A stretch of DNA of 39,668 bases from Thermoflexibacter sp. (GTDB lineage: Bacteria > Bacteroidota > Bacteroidia > Cytophagales > Thermoflexibacteraceae): contig JALOMS010000002.1 in assembly GCA_025455345.1 (NCBI GenBank), positions 1-39,668 of the forward strand, in the 5' to 3' direction. Shown here in pieces: positions 1 through 9,143 of this stretch; within the stretch, counting starts at the first letter, position 1; each line of letters begins with the position of its first letter. A program made the translations under genes and the position numbers. The notes beneath the pieces are model-generated. The model was not told where the DNA came from. It ran no database searches and saw nothing but the letters and a program-made list of their open reading frames with translations.

Positions 1-33
1 ATAAATAAACCATGGATAATATACTACTATATA

Positions 34-705
34 ATGCAAGATGATAAGAAAGTGCGAATTAGAGAGCTTTACATAAATCGTTTTAAAACTAAGGAAGAAC
101 GATATAAATATGCAGAATCAAGGATGGCATATCTTAAACAATATTTAGATAAATTTGGATGTGTAGAATTACCATTAGAGGAAAAAGAAAAACTTAGGCA
201 ACAAAGTCTTATAAAGCAAGCAAAGGAAAATGCAATTGTTAGAGAGAAGATATATTTCAATTCAAAATCTAAATTGGATAAAAATAAAAAATTACGTAAT
301 GATTTTATTCCTGTAATTGAACTTGAACGTGCTTTGCTTAAAAATGATTGGACTACTTTCTTTATGATTTTACAAAGTATTTTTAAACGCATACCATACT
401 CATTATTTATTGATAAAGAAGCTTATTATCATACTGTTATTCACTTAATTTTTGAATTATTTGGATTTTCAACACAAAGTGAATTTCCTACAAGTATGGG
501 AAGAATAGATATTATTTGGGAAACAAAATCATCATTTTATATATTTGAACTTAAAACAACTACCGCAAAAGAAGCACTTATACAAGTAAAAGAAAAATGT
601 TATGGGGAAGGAATAAGTGCCCAAGGCAAAAGTGTTTTTTTGATTGCAATAGCTTTTGACATGAAAAAAAGAAGTATTAAAGAGTGGATAGTTGAAGAAT
701 TATAG
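34..705 (+). CDS. PD-(D/E)XK nuclease superfamily 9 (PDDEXK_9)-like domain protein
   Basis: The C-terminal half EAYYHTVIHLIF..QSEFPTSMGRIDII..YIFELK..ALIQVKEKCY..F matches the C-terminal nuclease domain of AAA-ATPase-like/PDDEXK_9 proteins. The N-terminal ~95 aa are charged and helical, with no Walker A. Confidence 0.75.
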   Translation: MQDDKKVRIRELYINRFKTKEERYKYAESRMAYLKQYLDKFGCVELPLEEKEKLRQQSLIKQAKENAIVREKIYFNSKSKLDKNKKLRNDFIPVIELERALLKNDWTTFFMILQSIFKRIPYSLFIDKEAYYHTVIHLIFELFGFSTQSEFPTSMGRIDIIWETKSSFYIFELKTTTAKEALIQVKEKCYGEGISAQGKSVFLIAIAFDMKKRSIKEWIVEEL

Positions 706-833
706 TCTTTTCTGTGCTGAAAATTAATAAAACTCACGGAAAAGTTTCTCAAAATCAATTTGCGGTACAAATTCATCTTGCTCTATATCAAATTAAAAAT
801 AAACTAAATAATTTTCTGTAATTCAAAAAAAAC

Positions 834-1451
834 ATGGCATACAGTGATTTCTTAACTTTAAAGCAGGTAGAAGAAGCCTTTGGCTTTGAGCAGGAGCGCA
901 AAGAAGTTTTTGCAAAAAAGAAAATTCGTGCAACAAGACTTTCTAAAAGGCTTTCTATGGACATAGAAGATAGCACACGCTTGCCTATTTTGAGTGAAAA
1001 GGCAAAATCAGAGGGTATTATTTATCCTATTTTGAGGGAAATTAATCATAAAAATAAAGAGTTTAGTATTTTTTCAGGCTATACTTTTGATGTAGATAAG
1101 TCTTTGTCTTTGAATGGAATATGTGATTTTGTGTTGAGTGCAGATACCAAAAGCATAGACATAGAGGCTCCCGTATTTTGCGTAGTCGAGGCAAAAAATA
1201 GGTCAGTAGAAGAGGGCTATGGGCAGTGTGCGGCAGAGATGTATGCCGCTTATTTGTTTAATCAAAAAAAAGGGGAGGAACGAAATATTATCTACGGTTG
1301 CGTAACTACGGCTTTCGAGTGGGCTTTTTTGCAGTTAGAAGGCAAAAAAATATACATAGATACAGAAAGATATTATTTGAATGAAGTTGGAAAAATATTA
1401 ACAGTCCTGCAAGAGATTATTAATTTTTACAAATCTTACCCTGTGTCGTAA
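834..1451 (+). CDS. Conserved hypothetical protein, restriction-endonuclease-like (PD-(D/E)XK) fold
   Basis: MAYSDF start followed by LNGICDF..VVEAK..GQCAAEM..IYGCVTT..W.FL, a D..EAK..Q catalytic pattern recognised in a family widespread in cyanobacteria and Bacteroidota. Confidence 0.65.
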   Translation: MAYSDFLTLKQVEEAFGFEQERKEVFAKKKIRATRLSKRLSMDIEDSTRLPILSEKAKSEGIIYPILREINHKNKEFSIFSGYTFDVDKSLSLNGICDFVLSADTKSIDIEAPVFCVVEAKNRSVEEGYGQCAAEMYAAYLFNQKKGEERNIIYGCVTTAFEWAFLQLEGKKIYIDTERYYLNEVGKILTVLQEIINFYKSYPVS

Positions 1452-1586
1452 TCATTGATGTAAAGAAAGACTCCCCCCACGATTTTTGGTTATTGACGTT
1501 TATCAGAAGGCTACAACTCGCATAATGAAGTTGCATTTATCAATTGAATATACGAAATCAAATTTGTAAATGGTACATAAGACACT

Positions 1587-2363
1587 ATGAAACAGCAGTT
1601 TTACTTTCTTCTTGGCGCACTCATTGCCCTACCCTTATTTCCTTTTCTCTTGTATTTGGGTAAAAAAGTAAGGAGAAATATACCTCAGTTAGGGGAGGCT
1701 ACTAAAAATCTAAACTCAGAAATCATGGGTAGCCAAGAGAAAATTCATTTACTCTGCTTAGGAGAATCTACTTTTGCGGGTGTAGGCGTAAATGACCACC
1801 AAGAAGGCATCGTTGGGCAGATAGCCCAAAGCATACACCAGCATACAGGAAAAACCATTACATGGAATGTATTGGCAAAGAGTGGCTATACTGCAAAACA
1901 AGTAAGCGAAATACTTGTCCCACAAATTCAAGAATCTGCTTTTGACTTCATTATCATTGGTTTAGGAGGAAATGATACCTTCAAACTATCTTCCCCACTT
2001 TCATTTAGAAATAATTTCATTAAGTTGATAAAAGCAATCAGAGCAAAGCAACCCACAGCAACCATTGTCATAGCCAATCTTCCCCCTGTAGGAGAATTTC
2101 CTGCTTTTCCACCTCTCTTGCAGTTTTTCTTGGGTCATTTAGTCAGATTACATGGAGAAATTATAGCAGATTTGCCTTCACTATTCAAAAATGTTAGGTA
2201 TGCGAATAAGCAAATACGTTTCAATGATTGGTTGAACAAAATCAATCAAAACAATGCAACTGTGAATTCCTTTTTTAGTGATGGTGTTCATCCCTCAGCA
2301 CTTACCTACACCCTTTGGGGCAAGGAAATAGCAACCTTAGTGATAGGAAAAGAACTTCTTTAA
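1587..2363 (+). CDS. SGNH/GDSL hydrolase family protein
   Basis: Block I LGESTFAGVG, block II AKSG, block III LGGND and block V DGVHPS; N-terminal hydrophobic anchor. Confidence 0.9.
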   Translation: MKQQFYFLLGALIALPLFPFLLYLGKKVRRNIPQLGEATKNLNSEIMGSQEKIHLLCLGESTFAGVGVNDHQEGIVGQIAQSIHQHTGKTITWNVLAKSGYTAKQVSEILVPQIQESAFDFIIIGLGGNDTFKLSSPLSFRNNFIKLIKAIRAKQPTATIVIANLPPVGEFPAFPPLLQFFLGHLVRLHGEIIADLPSLFKNVRYANKQIRFNDWLNKINQNNATVNSFFSDGVHPSALTYTLWGKEIATLVIGKELL

Positions 2364-2555
2364 AAATACAACTTCTCTGTGTTATGCCTATGACTTATCA
2401 AACTGGTTCAATGCCCAGCCTTGAATCTTTTTTGGTGCAAGTTGGTACCAGTCGGGTATTTTTGAGAAAATAATTGTGCAAGAAAAGTGTATTTTGTACC
2501 GCTTTGAAGTAATTTTGTGTTGATACTTCCAAAACATTAAACAGATAAATTGACC

Positions 2556-3197
2556 ATGAATCTTAAACTTTTATTTTCTCTCATTCTTATTTGCCTCTCT
2601 TTCTTATTGCTACTCTCTTGTAACGTACCTAATGAAATTCCATTATTTGATGGTAAAACCCTTAGTGGCTGGGAAGGAGATACCACCAAAACGTGGAAAG
2701 TAGTAAATGGGGCAATTGTTGGAGGTTCTCTTACCGAAGATGTACCTCACAATGACTTCCTTTGTACTACACAATCCTATGATAATTTTGTCCTGAAATT
2801 AAAGTTCAAATTAGAAGGTAATGGAGGATTTATCAATGCAGGTGTCCAATTTAGAAGCAAGCGAGCAGCAGCTCCTTCTTATGAAATGATTGGCTATCAA
2901 GCAGATATGGGAGATAAATATTACGGAGCATTGTATGATGAGTCAAGAAGAGATGTCGTATTGGCTGGAGTTGATTCGATTACCTCCGCTAAGATAGTAA
3001 AACATGGCGAATGGAATGACTATGAGATTAGGGCTGATAAACAGCATATTCAAATTTTTTTAAATAGGCAACAAACCGTAGATTACCAAGAATTAGACCC
3101 TCAAATACCTCAAAGTGGACTGATTGGATTGCAAGTTCATGGTGGGGGAAAAGCACTTGTGTCTTTCAAGGATATTGTCATTAGGAAAATTGATTGA
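2556..3197 (+). CDS. DUF1080 (3-keto-disaccharide hydrolase-like) lipoprotein
   Basis: Lipobox LLSC; motifs LFDGKTLSGW, NAGVQFRS, GYQAD, GEWNDYEI and GLIGLQVH. ATG at 2556 preferred over the TTG at 2550. Confidence 0.88.
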   Translation: MNLKLLFSLILICLSFLLLLSCNVPNEIPLFDGKTLSGWEGDTTKTWKVVNGAIVGGSLTEDVPHNDFLCTTQSYDNFVLKLKFKLEGNGGFINAGVQFRSKRAAAPSYEMIGYQADMGDKYYGALYDESRRDVVLAGVDSITSAKIVKHGEWNDYEIRADKQHIQIFLNRQQTVDYQELDPQIPQSGLIGLQVHGGGKALVSFKDIVIRKID

Positions 3198-3424
3198 GTA
3201 ATGGTGTAATCTTTTCAGGTGTTTAGGGAATTATCGGACATTGGGTGTCTAATAAAATAATCTAAGAAGTTAATTTTTTAAAAACTTCATTATAAGTAAT
3301 TTATATATCTAATTTTTGTACTCAAACAATACTGTACGAATAAACCGACAATTCCTATTTTTTAAGTATTTTCACTCACTATTTTTGAGCAAAGTATGCT
3401 ATTGGTTACGATATAAAAACCCAT

Positions 3425-3432
3425 TATCTTTG
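3425..3432 (+). promoter_or_regulatory. Bacteroidota sigma-70 -7 element (TATCTTTG)
   Basis: Exact TAnnTTTG. It lies ~130 nt upstream of the intrinsic terminator at 3556. Confidence 0.5.
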
Positions 3433-3442
3433 TAACATCAAA

Positions 3443-3502
3443 GTAACATAGACTTCAGTCTGTGAAATAAAATATACAATCACACGCTAAAGCGTATGTT
3501 AC
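3443..3502. repeat. Inverted pair of 23-bp REP-like palindromes (REPIN-like doublet)
   Basis: 3443-3465 reads GTAACATAGACTTCAGTCTGTGA. The reverse complement of 3480-3502 reads GTAACATACGCTTTAGCGTGTGA. Each copy is an internal hairpin. Confidence 0.7.
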
Positions 3503-3555
3503 AAGATATTATTAAGGGGGTAAATCGGGCGGCGAACCGCTTGAAAATTTATTGG

Positions 3556-3591
3556 AACAGTCCTTTCGCTTTGTGGAAGGACTGTTTTTTT
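3556..3591 (+). terminator. Intrinsic terminator
   Basis: Stem AACAGTCCTT..AAGGACTGTT followed by a T run. Confidence 0.75.
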
Positions 3592-3654
3592 GTTTCCCCA
3601 ATTTTTTCATTAAATTTACAGAGAAATTTAGTAAATTTATGAAAATATTTAGCA

Positions 3655-3975
3655 ATGAATAAGATAGAACTTGTCAAAGAAAAATTTAAACAGGAAATAA
3701 GCAAACTCTATGGGGATAGACTTTCGCAAATTGTCTTGTATGGTTCTTATGCCAGAGGTGATTACAATGAAAACTCTGATATAGATTTCTTGGTTGTGCT
3801 TAACGAAGAGGAGATAGCCACAGGCAGAGAACTCTATTTTATGAATCCTGCTATTTTTCATATTTCCTTAAACTATGGGATAATGATTTCGCACTATCCT
3901 ACCACCAAAAAAAGGTTGGAAAGTTCCCAAAGTATGTTTTACAGACAAATCAGAAAAGAAGGGAAAGTAATATGA
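3655..3975 (+). CDS. Minimal nucleotidyltransferase (MNT, MntA-like antitoxin)
   Basis: LYGSYARGD..SDIDFLVV signature; 106 aa; ends IRKEG. Confidence 0.9.
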   Translation: MNKIELVKEKFKQEISKLYGDRLSQIVLYGSYARGDYNENSDIDFLVVLNEEEIATGRELYFMNPAIFHISLNYGIMISHYPTTKKRLESSQSMFYRQIRKEGKVI

Positions 3976-4064
3976 ATGAAGAAGTTATAAAAGTATTGCA
4001 ACATCACACAATTATTTTTAGAAACTACAAAAAAATTGATTTTGTGAAGTTCGTTATGGTGTAA
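3972..4064 (+). pseudogene. Possible remnant of the HEPN partner gene (30 codons)
   Basis: ATGA overlap with the MNT stop. It translates as MNEEVIKVLQHHTIIFRNYKKIDFVKFVMV*, far shorter than a HEPN domain. The assignment rests on position only. Confidence 0.4.
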
Positions 4065-4111
4065 TTTTCACTTTAATTCCAGATTTTCACATTCCAAATT
4101 ATAAAAAGTCT

Positions 4112-7100
4112 ATGCCTCAATTTACTCATTTACACTGTCATACCCAATTTTCGCTCTTGGACGGGGCGGCAAGCATTTCGGGCATGATGAAAAAAGCGGT
4201 CGCAGACGGCATGAAGGCGGTTGCCCTGACCGACCACGGCAATATGTTCGGGGCGTTCAAGTTCGTGAGCGAGGCGGATAAGCAAGGGCTAAAACCCATC
4301 ATTGGTTGCGAGTTTTATGTGGTAGAAAATCGCCACCATAAGACGTTCAGCAAAGGCAATAAAGACATTCGCTATCACCAATTGCTCTTGGCAAAAAATC
4401 CAAACGGGTATAAAAATTTGTCCAAATTGTGTTCTTTGGGCTTCATTGAGGGCTATTACAGCAAGTTTCCACGCATAGACAAGGAGTTGATTCTCAAATA
4501 CCATGAGGATTTGATAGCGACCTCTTGTTGCATAGGTGCGGAAGTTCCGCAGGCGATTCTGCACAAGGGCGAAGAAGAGGCAGAAAAACTCTTAAAATGG
4601 TGGATTGATGTATTTGGAGAGGACTATTATATTGAATTACAGCGACATAACTTAGAAAACATAGACGGCACAGGCATTAGCCAAGAAGATGTAAACCAAG
4701 TCCTACTCAAATGGGCTAAGAAGTACAACCTCAAAGTGATAGCGACCAACGACTCGCACTACATAGACGAAAAAGATTGGGACGCACACGATACCATGCT
4801 TTGCATTAACACAGGGGAAAAAAAAGCAACGCCCAAAGGTGATGGAAAAGGTTTCCGCTTTGGTTTTCCCAACAGTGAGTTTTATTTCAAGACACAGGCG
4901 CAGATGAACGAGATATTCAAAGATGTGCCTTTTGCGATAGACAATACCAACGAAATAGTAGATAAAGTAGAGAAAATCAAGCTGAAACGCGACATTTTGT
5001 TACCCGCTTTTCCGCTCCCGCAGGAGTTTGCCAACCAAGATGATTTCTTGAAACACTTGGCATTTCTGGGGGCGCAAAAGCACTATGGGACTATCACAAC
5101 CGACATAGAGCAACGCATTAATTACGAATTAGATATCATCAAAAAAATGGGCTTCCCTGGCTATTTCCTCATTGTGCAGGACTTCATCAATGCCGCCAAA
5201 AACATGGGCGTAGCGGTGGGCCCTGGACGAGGGTCGGCAGCAGGTTCCGTAGTTGCCTATTGCGTAGGGATTACCAACATAGACCCGATAAAGTACAATT
5301 TGCTCTTTGAGCGTTTTCTTAATCCAGAGAGGGTAAGTATGCCCGATATTGATACGGATTTTGATGACGAAGGCAGGGGTAAAGTGATTGATTATGTGGT
5401 AGAAAAGTACGGAAAAAACCAAGTGGCGCAAATCATTACTTACGGCACGATGGCGGCAAAAATGTCCGTCAAAGACGTGGCGCGCGTCATGGACTTGCCC
5501 TTAGATGAGTCTAATAATATTGCCAAAATGATTCCTGAAAAGCCAGGGACTACTTTGGCAATGGCATTTGAGGAGAATCCTGATTTGGATAGCTTGCGAA
5601 AAGGTAACGACCTCAAAGCCAAGATTTTACAAGCGGCTCAGGTCATTGAAGGCTCGGTGCGGAACACAGGCGTACACGCCGCAGGAGTCATCATTGCGCC
5701 TGATGACCTGACGAACTACATTCCTGTTTGCATTGCCAAAGACAAGGGGGGCGACAAAAAAACAGACGAAAGTGATGAGGAAGGCAGTGGCGAAGCCCTC
5801 GACTTATGGGTTACGCAGTTTGACGGCAAGGTGATAGAGGACGCAGGAATGTTGAAAATGGACTTTTTGGGGCTTAAAACCTTGACTATCATTAGGGACG
5901 CGCTGGGGCTTATCAAGAAAAACAAAGGCATTGACATAGACATTGACAAAATCCCTTTTGATGACAAAAAAACCTATGAACTCTACCAAAGAGGCGAAAC
6001 CGTAGGCACGTTTCAGTTCGAGTCCGAAGGTATGCGTATGTACCTCAAAGAGTTGAAACCCACCAATATAGAGGATTTGATTGCCATGAACGCTTTGTAT
6101 CGCCCAGGTCCTATGCAGTTCATTCCCAACTATATAGGTAGGAAGCAAGGCACTGAAAAAACAGAATTTCCTCATCACCTTTTAGAGCCTATTTTGGGCT
6201 ATACCTTTGGAATCATGGTCTATCAGGAGCAAATCATGCAGACCGCGCAAGTCTTGGCAGGGTACTCTTTGGGGGGTGCTGACCTCTTGCGTAGGGCAAT
6301 GGGGAAAAAGGACAAGGAGAAAATGGCAAAGGAAAAGGACAAATTCATTGCGGGAGCGGAAAAAATCCACAACATTCCCCAAGAAAAGTCTGCGGAAATC
6401 TTTGCAATCATGGAAAAGTTTGCGGAGTACGGCTTTAATCGCTCACACTCAGCCGCTTACTCTGTTTTGGCATACCAAACAGCTTATCTGAAAGCAAACT
6501 ATCCTGCCGAGTACATGGCTTCGGTGATGACGCACTCTATTGGGCAAATAGAAAAAATAGCCTTCTTTATTGAGGAATGTAAACGCATGAATTTGAAGGT
6601 ATTAGGACCTGATGTAAACGAAAGTGCGCGTACTTTTGATGTAAATAAAAAAGGACAAATCCGCTTTGGCTTGGGCGCAGTCAAAGGCACAGGCGAGGCG
6701 GCAGTGGGCAACATCATAGAGGAAAGAGAAAATAATGGATTTTTCAAAGATATTTGGGACTTTGCCAAGCGGGTAAATTTGCGAACCGTAAACAAGAAAA
6801 CCTTTGAATCCTTGGCACAGGCAGGCGGATTTGACAGTTTTGGCGAGATACATCGCGCTCAGTTTTTCTATGTCCCTACTAATGAGCAAACTACGGGCAT
6901 AGAAAAAATATTGAAGTACGGTGCAAATGAGCAATCCAACAAAAATAATTCAGGCGTTTCGCTTTTTGGCTTAGGCGGCGGAAATGGAATTAGCAACCCC
7001 AAAATTCCTGATTGTGAGAAATATACGGACTTAGAACAACTCAAATTAGAGAAAGACGTGTTGGGCTTTTATCTTTCTGGACACCCCCTTGACCAGTACA

Positions 7101-7660
7101 AAATAGCGATGGACAAAAACAAGGTCATCAGCTTGGCAAATATTGAACTTTTCAAAGGCAAAGAGGTATTGGTGGGTGGCATAGTTACCCAAGTAGATTT
7201 GCGAACTGACAAAAATGGTCGTGCCTTTGCTTTCGTGAATTTGGAAGACTACGAAAAGGCGAGCCGCGTTACTTTCTTCAACAATATCTATGAAAAAGTA
7301 AAAGACCAACTGAAAACGGGTGCATTTGTGGCTATCAAAGGCAAGGTGAGGGAACGCTACAACCAACCTGGCACTTGGGACTTTGACCCTATGGAAGTAA
7401 AGCCACTCTCCGAACTGAAAGCGGGGAATGTAGGTGTGGAAGTAACGATAGACGTTCAATTGCTTCAAAATCAAGGCTTTTTGGATAAGTTCATGGAGGT
7501 TTTGCAGAAAAACAAGGGCGGTAGCGACCTCAAAGTAAAACTCTTTGACCGCAGAGAAGGCATAGCTGTCCCTACGGCGGCACACCAGTTCAAAATTAAT
7601 CCTTCTCCACTCTTAATCAAGGAATTAGAAGAAATAGAGGTGGAGTGTAAGGTGGGGTAG
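4112..7660 (+). CDS. dnaE: DNA polymerase III alpha subunit
   Basis: PHP domain HLHCHTQFSLLDG and TDHGNMFG; GPGRGSAAGS; PDIDTDF catalytic motif; KMDFLGL; GFNRSHS; C-terminal OB fold. Confidence 0.99.
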   Translation: MPQFTHLHCHTQFSLLDGAASISGMMKKAVADGMKAVALTDHGNMFGAFKFVSEADKQGLKPIIGCEFYVVENRHHKTFSKGNKDIRYHQLLLAKNPNGYKNLSKLCSLGFIEGYYSKFPRIDKELILKYHEDLIATSCCIGAEVPQAILHKGEEEAEKLLKWWIDVFGEDYYIELQRHNLENIDGTGISQEDVNQVLLKWAKKYNLKVIATNDSHYIDEKDWDAHDTMLCINTGEKKATPKGDGKGFRFGFPNSEFYFKTQAQMNEIFKDVPFAIDNTNEIVDKVEKIKLKRDILLPAFPLPQEFANQDDFLKHLAFLGAQKHYGTITTDIEQRINYELDIIKKMGFPGYFLIVQDFINAAKNMGVAVGPGRGSAAGSVVAYCVGITNIDPIKYNLLFERFLNPERVSMPDIDTDFDDEGRGKVIDYVVEKYGKNQVAQIITYGTMAAKMSVKDVARVMDLPLDESNNIAKMIPEKPGTTLAMAFEENPDLDSLRKGNDLKAKILQAAQVIEGSVRNTGVHAAGVIIAPDDLTNYIPVCIAKDKGGDKKTDESDEEGSGEALDLWVTQFDGKVIEDAGMLKMDFLGLKTLTIIRDALGLIKKNKGIDIDIDKIPFDDKKTYELYQRGETVGTFQFESEGMRMYLKELKPTNIEDLIAMNALYRPGPMQFIPNYIGRKQGTEKTEFPHHLLEPILGYTFGIMVYQEQIMQTAQVLAGYSLGGADLLRRAMGKKDKEKMAKEKDKFIAGAEKIHNIPQEKSAEIFAIMEKFAEYGFNRSHSAAYSVLAYQTAYLKANYPAEYMASVMTHSIGQIEKIAFFIEECKRMNLKVLGPDVNESARTFDVNKKGQIRFGLGAVKGTGEAAVGNIIEERENNGFFKDIWDFAKRVNLRTVNKKTFESLAQAGGFDSFGEIHRAQFFYVPTNEQTTGIEKILKYGANEQSNKNNSGVSLFGLGGGNGISNPKIPDCEKYTDLEQLKLEKDVLGFYLSGHPLDQYKIAMDKNKVISLANIELFKGKEVLVGGIVTQVDLRTDKNGRAFAFVNLEDYEKASRVTFFNNIYEKVKDQLKTGAFVAIKGKVRERYNQPGTWDFDPMEVKPLSELKAGNVGVEVTIDVQLLQNQGFLDKFMEVLQKNKGGSDLKVKLFDRREGIAVPTAAHQFKINPSPLLIKELEEIEVECKVG
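7592..7660 (+). repeat. Direct repeat copy 1 (last 23 codons of dnaE)
   Basis: 65/69 nt identical to 10071-10139. Confidence 0.97.
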
Positions 7661-7723
7661 AATTGTCGTGCAAGATTTTATGAAAATAAAATCTAACTCT
7701 CTATTAGATTTAAAACTAAAATA

Positions 7724-9142
7724 TTGTCTATTTTTGATAAAATGTATTTGAATGATATGAAAACAAGCAATATAAAATCTTTTTCAATTAAAGGGCTTTT
7801 TGGAACTACCGACGTGCATATTCCTTTTGATGAAGGTGTAAAAATCTTAATAGGTGAGAATGGATTAGGAAAAACGCAGGTGTTAAGTATATTTTATTAT
7901 ACTTTGATGAAAAACTTTTATAAACTATCTGATTTTAGCTTTGAAAGCGTAAATATTGAGTTTGCTAAGAAACAAATCACATTTAAGAAAAATGAAATAC
8001 AAGATAGTATGTTTCCTTTTAGCACAAACCCAAGTTTCAGACGCTTTTTAAACTCTCCTGATGATTTAGACATATTTGCAAGTTTAAGAAATGAGGTTAT
8101 GAATAAGGGTTTATCGCGAAGTGAGTTTAGAAGATTTCTTATAGAAAATAAAGTTGATATATCTACTCCTTCTGAAATAATATATGACCTAATTAGATTT
8201 GAGTTTAGAGATGATAGAGAAGAAGATATTTTTTCTCAAAATATAAAAGATTGTATTAAAGCAATAGATAATGAAACTTCTCAAAAACAAATTTTATATT
8301 TTCCTACTTTTAGAAGAGTAGAAGAAGACCTTAGAAATTTAGGCTATGAGGAAGAAGCCTTTGGATTAAAAAAGAATGACAGTAGATTGATAAATTTTGG
8401 AATGGGAGATGTTGCTTCAAAATTTAAAGATATAAGTAATATTATTAAAACCCTTGCAAGTGAGGGTTTTGCAAAAATTTCAAGTGAAATTTTAAGCCAA
8501 TTAGTAAAGGGACTACCTAAAATAGATAAAACTACCTTAGAAAGTATTAATCCTGCTGATATTGAGATTATTTTAGCAAGAGTAGGGAATAAAATATCAA
8601 ATGATGATAAAAAAAGGATACTGAACATAGTTCAAACCAAAGAGTTTGATTATGAGAATGATATTTCATTAATTTATTTTCTGCAAAAACTGATTGATAT
8701 TTATGACCAGCAAAGAGATTTAGATAAAATGATAAAATCTTTTGTTTTTGTCTGCAATAAATACCTCGTTCAGAAAGAAGTTGTTTATGATGAAAGTGAG
8801 GTAAAAATATACATCAAATCTCAGCTTTCTAATAATGAAATCAAATTGAGTAAGCTTTCATCAGGAGAAAAGCAAATTATTTCTATCTTCTCAAAGATAT
8901 ATCTTTCTAATGAAAATGAGAGATTCATTATACTTTTTGACGAACCAGAACTTTCCCTATCAATTATTTGGCAAGAAATGCTCTTACCTGATATTTTAAA
9001 CTCTGGTAAATGTGAATTTTTATTGGCAGCAACTCATTCTCCTTTTATCTATGATGACAATGGATTGACAGGATATGCAATTACTTTAAGCGAATATATG
9101 TCAATACCTCATGCCCAAGAACCTATATTGATAGAATCATAA
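7724..9142 (+). CDS. ABC-type AAA ATPase (AAA_15/AAA_21-like), PARIS AriA-like
   Basis: Walker A GENGLGKT, signature LSSGEKQ, Walker B ILFDEPE and H-loop ATHSP. It lies directly upstream of a DUF4435 gene. The real start is probably ATG 7742 or 7757. Confidence 0.85.
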   Translation: MSIFDKMYLNDMKTSNIKSFSIKGLFGTTDVHIPFDEGVKILIGENGLGKTQVLSIFYYTLMKNFYKLSDFSFESVNIEFAKKQITFKKNEIQDSMFPFSTNPSFRRFLNSPDDLDIFASLRNEVMNKGLSRSEFRRFLIENKVDISTPSEIIYDLIRFEFRDDREEDIFSQNIKDCIKAIDNETSQKQILYFPTFRRVEEDLRNLGYEEEAFGLKKNDSRLINFGMGDVASKFKDISNIIKTLASEGFAKISSEILSQLVKGLPKIDKTTLESINPADIEIILARVGNKISNDDKKRILNIVQTKEFDYENDISLIYFLQKLIDIYDQQRDLDKMIKSFVFVCNKYLVQKEVVYDESEVKIYIKSQLSNNEIKLSKLSSGEKQIISIFSKIYLSNENERFIILFDEPELSLSIIWQEMLLPDILNSGKCEFLLAATHSPFIYDDNGLTGYAITLSEYMSIPHAQEPILIES

Positions 9143-9143
9143 A

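Noticed and set aside
3496-3642. 48-codon ORF MLQDIIKGVNRAANRLK.. as a leader or toxin peptide
   Set aside because: It starts inside a palindromic repeat, runs through the terminator and has no recognisable features.
5740-5810. Possible intein or mobile insert in dnaE (KDKGGDKKTDESDEEGSGEA)
   Set aside because: It is only a short charged loop with no intein splice motifs, and the total length of 1182 aa is normal.
4289-7585. Multiple antisense and alternate-frame ORFs within dnaE, and likewise within the CxxCH, PKD, atp and desaturase genes
   Set aside because: They are shadow ORFs of long genes and show no motifs or independent expression signals.
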